DNA of 64,000 nt from Ginglymostoma cirratum (lineage: Eukaryota), in assembly GCA_024137785.1 (NCBI GenBank), contig JAHRHZ010000107.1, positions 62,001 through 126,000 on the forward strand, written 5' to 3'. Made by a program: the position numbers and the translations under genes. Positions 51,488-64,000 of the stretch are shown here, in pieces; within the stretch, counting starts at the first letter, position 1, and each line of letters opens with the position of its first letter. The notes under the pieces are model-generated. The model was not told where the DNA came from, did not search any database, and saw only the letters and a program-made list of their open reading frames with translations.

Positions 51488-54204
51488 ATGAAAACAGCTA
51501 TTAGCTAGTCAAAGAAAATGAATACTTAGGTTTTGTTAAAAATGCGAACATCGGGATCACAAAGGAATGACATTGAAATCCTACCATCATTACCACGAGA
51601 ATAGTTCAAATACCAGAATTAATGCGGCCCCATGAAACTTATTTTTTTTGTTGTTTTGGTTTAATTTAAAGCATATTCAAAAGAAGAAATTGAAAAGTGG
51701 GTGAATTTTGATGTTGTCAGTCAAATCTTCCCGAAAGATTTTCCACCCTACAATAATTCTTTTGATTCCATACAGAAGGAATTCCACTCACATATTTTTC
51801 TGAGACGTCGAATTGCACAGTGAAATAATGGCAGTTTAAAACATGTTAAGTGCCTTCGCAAAATTCATCTATTCATTAGTACGCAAGATTATGTCTCAAT
51901 TATCCATGTGATTGAAATTGGAATCAGCTCTCAACTGCTATAAGGTTATGAGACAACGCAAAGTAATGTTATGTATGTTCAATACAGAATTATACATACA
52001 AGATGAGATCATGGCATGGTTTATGGATTTACTTGCTTCTCGAGATTGTGTGGCACTGAGAGATTCGTTTGTATCTATACGGAGCTGCGCTGAGAGAGGC
52101 GAATCAGATTTTCATTGTGAAATGGAGTATGAGAAAAACTTGTCGTTAAGTTGGCACATATGTAGGGCATTACAAAGAGAAGTGGCCAGTGAGTTTAACG
52201 TAGTATTGATACAGCGTGCTGAGAGAAGGCAGAACAGTTAATTTAGAGAGGACACTGCACCATGAGCTGACGACTGAGAAATTTCGTTCGCAGGCATTTT
52301 TACAGTCGATGGAGAGTAAGGGAATTGTGGGACTACTTTAGAATTGTTAGAATGTGTGATGAGGTAGTCGGCAGTGAGGGTATTTTCAGAGCGAATAACG
52401 CGTTAGGGAGAAAGTGTTGAGCTCGGCTATTGTTGTTTTGGGACACGAGGTAGAGAAGGGTGTAAAATAGACTTAATTATAATTATCTGCAATATCAAAG
52501 ACACTCCTTGCATCAGAATGTCAGAAATTGCAGTGATTGTTTATTATTATACGAATTTCAGCACAAGCTGACACACCTCAGATTCTAAAACAGCCCATAG
52601 GAAAACAGAGAAAGACTTTGATACCATCCAGGCTTTGCACATAACTGGCAAGAAGCACACCAAACAAATGTGAAGCAATAACTCAACTTTATCAAGAGAA
52701 AATCTCAACATTGTCTCTTGACGTTCAATGTAATTACCTTCGACAAATTGCCGTTTCCAAAATCTGGGGTGGCTACGAATTACCTGAAATTGACTGCAAC
52801 AAACATATAAACACCGTCGCTGCAGGAACACGTCCAAAATGGTACTTTAGCATTGCATAATTCACCTCCTGTTTCCAGAATATTTTTCCCACAACTATAA
52901 ATCGGAAGTCCTGAGTGTGATGGAAGTTTTCCATTGGCTTGGATGTGTACAGCTTCATTAACACAAAATAACTTTACACCAGCCAAGAAAAGCAGTCCAT
53001 TGTATTGATACCCAATCAACCACCTTCACTCCAGTCACAGACACCGAGAATTGCAACAGGGATGTGTGACTGGTTGCAAACTTTTAGAGGGTTAAAGGGT
53101 GGGCAGAGGCAGAATAAAATGGATACAGATTTTTATTTGCAAAAGGTCATCTTATTAGGAAGTTTGGGTACTGTTCTGTTTTCATACATGGCAACACTAA
53201 TCCATATTTTCCTCTGTCACTTCCCTGTTTTTCTTCCAGGAATTATGTAACCACAGAAACTGTTCACCACAGTTATCAGTGACAGGCAGCTTTCCAGCAC
53301 ATACTCTCGAGCTTGTTGAAAAGTTTCAGTGCCAAAAGGAAATGGTCCATAGTAGTCTGCAAGCCATTGACATTTAACGGTGATAATCAACTTGGAGTAG
53401 TGGTGTCATTCTAAACTTAACCACAGATTGTTGTGATGTTTGTGCGGAGTATTCTTATTGATTTCTGCAAGCTGCTGTATGTTTGCATGTTATATGCCGT
53501 ATTTTGATATTTCCTTTCATAAATCATTCTGTTCGATTGACTTAGCTTGGGTTGAGACACGCACTGAGGAAATGGATGCATATCAGTTGCATCTGAAAAC
53601 ACTTTCGGCCCAGAAGCGTCGTCCTTGATGTTCCTGTCTTACAACAAGTTGCTCACCATACCGTGAAGCATATTTTATATATATTTCAATTCACCTTCTC
53701 GAAATACTTGGGCACACCTTTAGGACATTAGAGACTTGAGCCGAGAGCTGTTGTCCATCCTTTACATGATATTACAGCGAAGACACAAAGTTTGAATAGT
53801 CTGTCATTTGATTTTACTCATAATATTTGAATCATTTTCCAGCAGTGCCTCGAAATAATTTTGTTCTTTCCTGTCTTAGAAATCATCATGACCTTCTCTT
53901 ATTAAGATATGATTATTTTCTTTCAAGTTCTCAGAACAGTGCACAGTAGTAGAAATGAGAATATTTTTATGTTCCTATCAATACAGGAATCAAACAGCGC
54001 AGACCAAATATCTTGGAAACACCTGCTTATTTCCATGGCGCCAAGGGGATGTATAATTATTGATCATCTGCCTCTATTTCATTGACGATCGTACACCCCA
54101 GAGGTAATTCATCCATGGTGTTTCCAAATTCAGTTTCAAATGAAAATAAACATTACACAAACCACATGTCGAGCTATCAAGATGATCAAAAAATTTTATT
54201 AGCT

Positions 54205-55095
54205 TTGTAGCATGTGGCCAGCAGTTATTTCTCGTCCCTAGTTGCTCTTGAGAAATCATTTTCTTGAACCGCTGCAGACCACCTCCTGTGAATTGACCCA
54301 CAATGCCATTAGTGAGGGAAATTTAGGGATTTTGACCCAGCGAATGTGAAGGAATAGTGATATATTTGTAAGCTACGATGGAGAAGGGCTTGGAGTGGGA
54401 CTAACAATTGGTGATGCTTTGTATCTGCTACTCTTGTCCTTTTAGATGGAAATGGTCACAGATTTGGAAGGTGCTGTCTGGGAATCTTTGGTGAATTTCT
54501 GCAGTGCGACTCCTGAACGTCAGTGGTGGAGGGATTGCATGCTTGTGGTTGTAATGTTATTCAAGTGGGACGCTTTGACCTGGATGGTGTAGAGCTTCTT
54601 GAATGCTGTTGGAGCTACTCCCATTCAGGCAAGTGGGGAATATCCATCATACCTCTGACTTGTGCCTTGATGATGATGGGCAGCCTTTCGGGAGTCAGAA
54701 GGTGAATTACTTTCCGCAGTATTCATAGTCTCTGAAGTGCACTTGTCGTCACGTCTTTGATGTGTCCAGTTAAGTTTGTGGTCAATGATAATCCCCAGGA
54801 TTTTGACAGTGGAATATTCAGTGATGGTAACATTATTGAATGTCAAGAGATGGTGGTTAGAATGTGTTTTCATTGCTCATAGTCTGGCATTTGTGAGGCG
54901 TGAATATTAACTGTCACTTGTCAGCCCAAGCCTGAAAACTGCTCAGATCTTGTTGCGTTTGAACAAGGACTGCTTCAGTATCAGAGGAACGGTGAATGGT
55001 ACCGAAAATCATGCAAACATTGGCGAATATCCTCACTTCTGTCCTTCTGATGGAGGGAACGTCAAGATGAATGGACCAAGGACACTATCCTGAGA
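54205..55095 (-). mobile_element. Second LINE family (CR1/L2 group) 3' fragment
   Basis: LTFNNVTITEYSTVKILGIIIDHKLNWT motif; related pieces at about 59930-61290 and 63630-63785. Confidence 0.7.
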
Positions 55096-55639
55096 AACAA
55101 TTCTCAGTTAATCATGGCACATGTTATTTTCTCAATTAAGTTCAATAATTTTAATACAGTTATATCCGTTTCATAACACCACGATGAATGCCTGGCTGTA
55201 CTTGACGTTGCTAACTGCGTTGCCAGATAGCTTTGTTAATGTCTTCTATCACCTTCACGGTGATAAATGTCAAGCTAACTGGGCTGGAGTTTCCTATTTT
55301 GTGTACATTTCATCATCTTCTTACCGTGTACGCAGTACTGCAAACATGGCCTTCCCAATGTGTTATGCAGCTCTACTTTCACGTCCAACTCGTGTACTCA
55401 TCGCTCTGAATGATGGAGACAGCTTTGACTATCGTGTTCCTCATCATCCTGTCTATCTGTGAAGCCTCTGTCAAGGACTTACGCACCAGAACACCAAAGT
55501 CTCTCTGTTCGATACCATTCCCAGTGCTGTTTTGTCTTACCAAACTACAACACCATGCATGTATCTTAAACTCCCTATGACAGTCCTCGGACCACTGGTC
55601 CAATGAATCAAGGTCCCTTTGAATTCTTCGATAGAACTA

Positions 55640-58600
55640 CAGAGTCATGACTTTTCATGACATGAGTTATGAGAAATACAGCAAGGAAACAGGTCCTTCA
55701 GTCTAACTTGTCTGTGCCGACAAGATGTCCGAAATAAATCTAATCTCACTTGCCAGCATTTGTCCCATATCCCTATAAACCCTTCCTGTTCATGTACTCA
55801 TCCAGATGCCTTTTAAATATTGCAATTATCGCAGACTCTAACAGTTCATTTGGCAGCGCATTCCATACATGTATCATCCTCTGCGTGAAAGAAGTTCCCC
55901 CGAAGTTTCCTATTAACTTTTTTTCCCCTCCCACCTTAAACCTATGCCCTCTAGTTTCTGACTCCTTCACCCTGGGCAAAAGATCTTGTCTATTTACCGT
56001 GTCCATGCACCTCATGATTTTATAAACATCTATCTGGGCACCCCTCAGCCTCGAAGGCTCCAGGGAAATTAGCCCCAGTCTATTCAGACTCTCCCTGTAA
56101 CTCAAACGCTTCAACCCTCGTAATATCGTTGTAAATATTTTCTGAACTGTTTCAAGTTTCACAACATACTTTCTATAGCAGGAAGGCTAGAAATGCATGC
56201 AACTATTCGAATTGTGACAGAACCAATGTCCTGCACAGGTGTAACATAACCTTCCAACTCCTGTAATCAATGCACTGACCAATAAGGGCAAGCATACCAA
56301 ACGCATTCTTCATTATCCGATCTACCTCTGAATCCACTTTCAAAGAAATATGAATCCGCACTCCAAGGTCTCTTTGTTGAGCATCACTCCCCATGACCTT
56401 ACCTTTAAGTGTTTTACTCCTGCCCTGATTTGCCTTTCCAAAATGCAACAGCTCACATTTGTCTAAAATTAAACTCTATCTCCCACTCCTTGGCCCACTG
56501 GCTCAACTGATAAAGATCCCGTTGTACTCTGAGGTAACCTTCTTCGCTGTCCACTCCATCTCCAATTTTGGTGTCATCTGCAAACTTACTAACCATACGT
56601 CCTAGATCACATCCAAATAATTTCTATAAATGATGAAAATCAGTAGACCCAGCGCAGATCCTTAAGCACAGACGCGAAAAGTTGTCAAAGAAAATCCCCG
56701 ATATTCACTGTATCAGTGACAGTTAAAAATTTATTTATTTATTTAACCCTAACTGTGAACATAATTACTGCAAAACTGAACAATTGCCCCTTAACCCCTA
56801 ACTATTCCCTAATTTATCTCATTTCTACTGGTATGCCATTCCAATAAACACAAGTCCCACTTATGTAAACCAAGAAATAAGGAAAAAGTTAAAACTTAGT
56901 CTCTCAAACTCCACACAGAATGTGTGTTTCGGGGGATGCTCTGCCTTCTCCACTCTCTGTCAAGTCATCAAAGCTTTTTTTCTGTTGATCTCACGTCATA
57001 AACACCTTTCTTGCGCTGGTCCGGCTGCCAGTGATGTTTTCTTTGTGAAGGCTCGTAGCTAGAAGTGCCATGATGGTACCTTTTATATGTAGATACTACT
57101 TTCTTAGAGGGCTTAACAATATCTTATGGCAGCTCGAGGCTTATTTCTCAGATGGCTGCTCTCTCTCGCACTGATGTTCAAAAACCCTCTCCTTATGTAC
57201 CATGAATGCCATATCAATTTTCTTGCAATAACACTGGTCCAATATTCAAAACTATCAAATTTAATTCAATTGGCTTTCAGTCGGTAAGTGTTTGCTTTAA
57301 ATGAATTGGTGGATTCCAACTCGTTGTCAAATAATCAAAACAAGCCTAAGGTTTTGCTCAAACAATTGATACATGTTGCCATTTTGGAACTGGCTGTCCC
57401 TCTTCAGCTGCACACAGGCACTTCTTTTTCTGTTTAAATCTCCAAGCTCAGAAAAGGTTTTTATGTCTTAAAGGGACCGTGCACTGTTCGCACTTGCACT
57501 TTTTTAAAAAAAGAAACAAATTCTAGCTTCCTACCTTCCAATTCGCGATTATTCCACACAACTTTGTAACAATCATCACCCTCTGCCTTCTCCCTTCAAA
57601 CTGGATCTTTATCCAGTTGGTTAGTTCTTCCTGTATTTCACTTAATCTAACCTTGTGAACCAGTCTCCCATAAGAAACCTTTTCGAATGCCTTACTGATG
57701 TCCATATAGATCACATCCACCACTGTGCACTCATCTTCATTATTTATTCAAAATACTCAATCAAGTTGATGAGACACGATTTCTCATGCCCAAAGCCAAG
57801 TTGACTATCCATAATTAGTCCCTACCTTTCTAAATATGTGTAAATCCTATCTCTTAAGATTCCTTCCAACAACATGCCCACCATTAGTCTCAGGAATACT
57901 GCTCTATAGATCCCTGGAATTATCCTTATCACCTTTCCTAAATGTTCGCCAACCTCCAGGATTCTGGCACCTTACCTGTGTCTTTCGATGACACAATTAT
58001 CTCAGCAAAGAACCCATCAATCACTTCTCGAGCTTCCCACAGAACTCCAGAGTACACCTGATCAGGTGCTGTGGACTTATTCACCTTTATGCATTCTAAA
58101 ACCTCCACCACTTCTTCCTCTCTGATATGAACATTTTTTTGGGATCTTGCTCTGTAATCACCCATGTTCTCTACCTTCCATATCCTTCTCCGCAGTAAAT
58201 TCTGATGGAAATACTCGTTTAGTACCTCCCCCACATCCTGCCATTCAACACAAAGGTGGCCTTGCTGATTGTTCATGAGCCCTATTCTCTCTCTCGCTAA
58301 CGTTTTGTCCTTAATGTATTCGTAGAATCCCTTTGGCTTTTCCTTAACCGTGTTTGCCAAATCTATCTCATGTCCCATTTTTGCCCTCCTGATTTCCCTC
58401 ATAAGCATACTCGTGCTAGTTTTCCTGTTGTGGGGATTGTATACCTGACATATGCTTCCTTCCTTTTCTGAAACAAAGGGTCAATTTCTCTCGTCTTCCA
58501 GCATTCCCTGTTCTTACCAGCCCTTCCCTTCACGCGGACTAGAATGTACGTTTTCTGAGGTTTCATTGCCTCTTTTTTTAAAGACTCCCACATTTTCTAG

Positions 58601-58921
58601 CCGTCCATTTAGCTGAGAAAATGCTTTCACAATCAAATTTTGAAAGTTCTTCCTAATTCCATCTAAATTGAGCTTCCTCAAATTTAGAACTTTAACTTTT
58701 AAATGCGGTCTATACGTTTCCATCACTACTTTAAAACTAATAGATTAATGGTCACATGCCCCAAAGTACTCTCCCACTGACACGTCTGTCACCTGCCCTG
58801 CCTTATTTACCAAGAGTAGCTCAAGGTTTGCACTTTCTCTACTAAGTACTTCAACATACTGAATCAGAAAATGTTCTTGTAAATATTTAACAAATTCCTC
58901 TCCATTCAAGCCCTGAACATT
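55640..58921 (-). mobile_element. Long CR1-like LINE fragment, interrupted at about 56671-57571
   Basis: Colinear ORF2 pieces: REIRRAKMGHEIDLAN.VKEKPKGFYEYIK, VDVIYMDISKAFEKV, HFGKANQGR...QRDLGV, LETVQKIFT...TRGHRFKV; tail acagagtcat. Confidence 0.9.
56683..57571 (-). mobile_element. Possible solo LTR nested in the CR1
   Basis: About 0.9 kb of non-coding sequence interrupting colinear CR1; ends TGT...ACA, with minus-strand AATAAA near 56730. No TSD found. Confidence 0.35.
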
Positions 58922-59915
58922 ATGACCCCACTACCCAGGACATTTTTCCCTCCCCACTCTTATATGCCTTCCGGAATGTCCGATCTCTCTGTGACGACCT
59001 CGTCCGCTCCATACCCCCCACTGGACCAACCACCCCTGGCACTTCCCCCTGCAACCGCAGGAAGTGCTGCGCCTGCCCCAACATGTCCCGCCTCACCCCC
59101 ATACCATTCCCAAGACAACTTTCAGCACTGAACAGATGTTCACTTGCACATCTGCTAATGTGGTAGATTGTATCCGCTTTTCTCGATGTGGCCTCCTCTC
59201 CATCGGGGAAATGAAGCAGAGACTTGGATACCACTTTCTGTAGAACCTACGCTCGGTTCGTGACAAACGACTACACCTTCCAGACATGAACCACTTTGAC
59301 TCCGCCTTCCACTCCTTGAACGACATGTCCATACTCGGCCTCCTCCAGTGCCACAATGATGCCTCCTGAACGCTGGAGGAACAGCACTTCATATCTCGCT
59401 TGGGATTCCTGCGGCCCAGTGGTCTCAATGTGGACTTCACAATCTTCAAAATCTCCCCACCCCTGACATCATCCCAAGACCAGCCCAGCTCGTTCCCGTT
59501 TCCTTGACCTGACCGTCGTTTCTCCCACATATCCGCTCCTGCACCTCACTGAACAACCACCACTCCCAACCACACTTCCTACCTACTCGCCTCACCCCTG
59601 CCCCCTTGACCTATCTGTTTTCCCTCCCACCTACCTGCCCCTCACTTCCAACTGACCAAACCCTATCATAACTCCATACCTACACTCACCTTTACTAACT
59701 CCATCGCGGCCTCCTCGGCCTGTCCTTCTTCTCTCCACCTATTTGCTCCTTTTTCCAACTTCCATCATCGTCTCCCTCCTCTCTATTTATGTCAGAGCCC
59801 CCTTCCCCTCCCCCATTTCTAAAGAAGGGTCCAGACACGAAACGTCCGCTTTCCTGCTCCTCTGATGCTGCCTGGCCTGTTGTGTTCATCCAGCTCGACA
59901 CCTTGTTATCTTCAG
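58922..59915 (+). mobile_element. 5'-truncated Penelope-like element (Cys-rich linker, GIY-YIG endonuclease, 3' terminus); decayed
   Basis: Reads PGTSPCNRRKCCAC...FTCTSANVVDCIRFSRCGLLSIGEMKQRLG...NHF...H...EQHFISRLG.LRPSGLN. This is a PLE GIY-YIG domain with the Tyr residues mutated; the Cys-rich linker suggests the Neptune group. Followed by a C-rich UTR and the hammerhead-like terminal repeat at 59817-59913. Confidence 0.85.
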
Positions 59916-61334
59916 TCAAAATAAATACAGTTCACGTCAGAATGCTCAGTGGCTCGAGGTCGACGTTGCAGGTGGTAATCTTTCCATTTCTCATTTTCCA
60001 TTGACCTGGTCGGGAGAATAAGCGTTTGTTTCGAAAGTGTTGTCAAGCCATCTTGTACAAATTATACAGAGTGTTTGGTCGATAATATATCATGCTATCA
60101 TTGAGATTTGTTGAATGAGGGAATGGTGCTTGTAAATATGTTGCCAATCAAGTAGGTTGTTTTGTCCTGGATGGTGTCAAGGTTCGCAAGTGTTGTTAGA
60201 GCTGCGCTCATCTAGACATTCAGGGAGTGCTGCACCAGACTCCCGACTTGTACCTTGTCGAAATGCACAGTCGTTGGTGAGTCAGGAGGCGAGTTAGTCG
60301 ATGCAAAACTCCAGACACCTGACGACGTCTTGTAGCTATCATATTCACGCGGCGAATCCAGGTCAGTTTAAATGATTAATGGTAACTCGCAGAATTTTAA
60401 CAGTGTGGGATTCAGTGATGAGAACACTATTGAACGATAAAGGCCTGGGCTATATTGTGCCTTGCTGGAGATTGTCATTTCCAGTCGCTTGTGTCGCTCA
60501 AATGTTACTGCCATTTTTCAGCCTAAGTCTGGATATAGATCATGACTTGCTGTATTTAGACTTCAGCATCTGAGCAGATGCGAATGATGCTGAACATTGT
60601 ACAATCATCGGCGACTGTCCACAGTTCTGAGCTCACAATGGATGGAAAGTCATTGATAAAACAGACGAAAATGATTGGTCCTAAGTCACTGCCCTCAGGA
60701 ATTCCCACAGTGATGTGTGGAAGAACCACAACCATCTTCCTTTGTACCATGTATGGACTTCAACAAGTGCAGAATGTTCCCTCTGATTAATCTTGATTTC
60801 AGTTTTTCTCAGGATCCTTGATGCCACACTCGGTCAAATGCAGCAGTTCTGGTTTTCTGCTGTTTTGTCCACGTATGAAACAACCTGTGATCAGTTTGGG
60901 AATTTTGTGGCAGTGGCAGAACCCAAAGTGGGCATCAGTGAGCAGGTTATTTCTGAGTTTGGGATGCTACATTTTAGCAGTGTCCATGATACATTCATTA
61001 CTTTACTGATGGAAGGTACGTTGATTTTGTGGAAACTGGCCAGTTTAGATTTGTTCTGCATTTTGTGTTCAGGCAATTTTCCAAGATTTTCGCATAGATG
61101 CCAGCGTTATAGCTGTACTGGAATAGTTTTCCTCAGGGTGTGGCAATTTCAGGAGCACAAGTCTTCAATGCTGTTGCTGGAGAATTGTCAGGATCCACTG
61201 CCTCGACAGTATCGAAGGGGCCTGAACCGTTTCTTGTTTCCACATGGAGTACATTGATTTGGTTGAAGACTGGAATACGTGATAAAACCCGAAAGAACTG
61301 CGAACGCTGTAAATGAGGAATATGTGACCTTGGT

Positions 61335-62332
61335 GACTATGAATAGTGTTGTGCCTCAGGGGTCGGTGCTGTGCCCGTTGCTGTTTCTTATCTATACCAA
61401 TGGTTTGAATGAGAATGTACAATGCATGATTAGTAAGCTTGAGTATGACACGAAAGTAGGTGGTGTTGTGGGCAGTGAGGAAGATTATCAGAAATTGCAG
61501 CAAGATCTTAATCAGCTGGGGGAGTGGGCTGAGAAATGGAGTTTAATATAGATAATTGTGAGGTGTTGCATTGTGGAAAGTCAAATCAAGGTCGGAGTTT
61601 CATGGTGAATGGTAGGGTCTTAGGGAGTGTAGTGGACAGACAGAACTTGGAATGAAGGTGCACGGTTCTCTGAAAGTGGAGTCCAGACAGATAGGGGAGT
61701 GAAGAAGGCATTTAGCACACTGGCCTTCATCTGTCGGGGTACAGAATTTGGGAAGTTATTTTACAATTTTCCGGGATGTTAGTGAGCCTGCTCTTGGAAT
61801 ATTGTGTTCAGTTTTGAGCATCTTACTTTCGGAATGATTTATTAAAATGGAAAGAGCGCAGAAATAACTTACGAGAATATTGCCAGAACTCAAGGGACTG
61901 AGTTATCAGAAGATGTTGGGCAAGCTGGGAGGTTTTTTGTTGAGTGTAGGAGACTGAGGGGAATATTACAGAAGTGTATAAGACCATGAGAGGCATGTAT
62001 AGGGTGAATCCAATCAGTATTTTTCCCAAAATTGTGAATTCGACGAGAGGGCATCAGTTTAAGGTGAGAGGGGAAAGAATATATGGGAACGTGTGGAGCA
62101 AATTTTTTTTCACAGATGGTGGTACGCGTATGGAATGAGCTACCAGTGGAAGTGGTTGAGGCAGGTTCGTTAACAAATAAAAAACTTTTTTGATTAATAC
62201 ATGGATCGGAAAAGTTTAGAAGGATATGGGACTAGTGCAGCAAAATAGGCTTAGTGTGAATGGAAATTTTGGTCGGCACGGACCCGTTCGGGCCGAAGGG
62301 CCTGTCTGTATGCTGTAGGACTCTATGATTCG
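61335..62332 (+). mobile_element. CR1-like LINE RT-to-3' fragment
   Basis: VPQGSVLCPLLFLIYTNGL.....ISKLEYDTKVGG..SEEDYQKLQQDL; tail ggactctatgattc. Confidence 0.85.
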
Positions 62333-63794
62333 ATGGTGACCTCTGGAGTAACAGGGAGCATCCACTTTTTAGATTTCACGATACACCCATGGTTATAGCT
62401 ATCTGCTTCTCCAGTCCATTTTGTCCACAAGAACTTTCCAAAACCAACATGGATGTGACAACAATTGTGCATTCAAATGTAGCTTCAGATTATCTTGTGG
62501 CCTAACCACACACGTGAAAAGAGTTTGAATTCAGTTCTATGTAATGCCTTTGGTCTTGGACTGCAGGTTCAATAATGATCATTAATAATTTGGGCCCAGG
62601 GGTCTAATATGGAGTGGTAGAGTCGTACAGCACGGAAACTGACCATTCTGTCCATCCAGTCCATTATGACCATGGGCTTATTCAAATGTCTTTTAAACAT
62701 GTTAACTGTACCGCATCCATGTCTTCCATTGGAATCTCATTCGACACACGAACCACTTTCTGTGTGAAAAATAAAAGTATTCAAATCTTGAACGTGAGTG
62801 GAACTACAGTTCTCTTTTCTCTGCGAGAGGGCTCGGTGTTGTACTGAACAACAATTGAACTCTCATCTTTGCGTACAATGATATATTTGAATCAAAAATC
62901 AAATCTAATAATATATATTTCTGACACTTATCACCTTTTAACTCTTCAGTCGACACCTGGGCACATCTGGACATTATTTTCTTGTAAATCCTGACCACAT
63001 TCTCTGTCAATAAGCCTTCAGCAGAAATACAGAGTTTAACATATTTAAATATTCAGGTAGCAACATTTATAACAGACTGCACGCACATAAATGTATATCT
63101 GCTCTCTCTCCCATCAGTTCTTTATGCATAATCTTAGGTCCAGACACATCATGTAGCATGTGTTAGTACACGTAGTCCAGATTTCCGTAATGTCCCCGTG
63201 ACATTCAAATTTACTGTGTTCTCAACATGAAAGGCCAACAAACGTCAATTGACTCTGTTGCCCTATCCTTCAGTATTTAGATCACTTTTGGGTATTATTT
63301 AAAATCTACGCATTACTACGCCCAAAGTCGCATAAATCTCGCTCTCTATCTCTCTTTTTGTCATTCTTTCACGTGCAGGCTCTCTAAATCTCTACACTAA
63401 TTTATTTAACGGACTTATCTCTGTTTCAACTCTCTATATCGTTTGCTTTTTAAATATTTCTGCTGTTATGTTTCCTTCCAGCCTTGCGTGACTATACAAA
63501 TTAGATTCCATTTTCTACCTGAAAGGTAGGAAATTCATTTCATACACAAGAATCTATTGGTACTTATTTGTCAATTTCGATGAATAAGTATTCAACTCTG
63601 CAGCGTTTACACACACACAAACAACAGTTTAAACCTGGAATGTTGATAGTGAGGCATTTAGTGATGGCAATGTCTTTGAATGTCAAGGGGTGATGATGAC
63701 ATTATCTCTTGCTGGAGATGGCCATTGTCGGGCGTTTGTCGGGGGACTGTAACTTGTCGACTGTCAGCCCAAGCCTGGATACCACATTAGACTC

Positions 63795-64000
63795 ATCACC
63801 CGCGCTTCTGCACTCAAGGTTTCTCTTCCCTCCTGCAAAAGTGATAGGGTTCCCCTTGTCCCTACCTACCATCCCACCAGCAACTAATATTCAGAAAATC
63901 ATCAGACGCCATTTCCAACACCTCCAGCGAGATGCCACCACCAACAATATATTGCCCTCCCTTCCCTTGTCCGCTTTCCACCGGGACTTCTCCATTCGGG
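63795..64000 (+). mobile_element. Penelope-like element fragment (RT C-terminal region), running off the window end
   Basis: RVPLVPTYHPTS...IQKIIRRHFQHLQRDATTNNILPSLPLSAFHRD; its end is homologous to the start of the 58922 element (DPTTQDIFPSPLLYAFRN). Confidence 0.75.

Noticed and set aside
55164-55210. MNAWLYLTLLTALP, resembling an IgNAR leader peptide
   Set aside because: No GT donor, no downstream V, and it lies in a decayed minus-strand CR1 fragment.
60060-60085. Minus-strand IDQTL, resembling a VNAR start
   Set aside because: No further V framework, and it is embedded in a LINE fragment.
291-63010. Remaining short ORFs; prokaryotic features such as CRISPR arrays, rRNA, tRNA and operons
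   Set aside because: The ORFs are antisense to Ig exons, TE-derived or compositionally random. The dispersed repeats are not regularly spaced arrays, and tRNA-like sequence is limited to SINE heads.

Overview
Eukaryotic, AT-rich, repeat-dense DNA from a cartilaginous fish, probably an orectolobiform shark. The window holds the 3' part of an apparently functional IgNAR (heavy-chain-only antibody) cluster on the + strand: C1 (6925-7245), the 5' part of C2 and 3' part of C3 separated by a 10-N assembly gap, C4, C5 with secretory tail, TM1 and TM2. Its V/D/J segments were not seen and presumably lie upstream of the window. About 10 kb downstream, in the same orientation, is a second, decayed IgNAR-like cluster that the ORF track largely misses. 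It comprises a pseudo-V with RSS, two RSS-flanked D segments split by a LINE, a pseudo-C5/secretory exon and a pseudo-TM1 interrupted by a short retroelement with a target-site duplication; no recognisable J or C1-C4 remain. The rest is mostly CR1-like and Rex1/Babar-like LINE fragments, tRNA-derived SINEs and Penelope-like (GIY-YIG) elements. At least a dozen short Penelope-terminus-derived repeats also occur, and the better-preserved ones carry a minimal hammerhead-ribozyme motif. A dense octamer/E-box cluster 3' of TM2 is a candidate B-cell enhancer. Almost all other listed ORFs are spurious or TE-derived. No wholly new system is demonstrated; the best leads are the hammerhead-bearing short repeats, the relic cluster and the putative enhancer.
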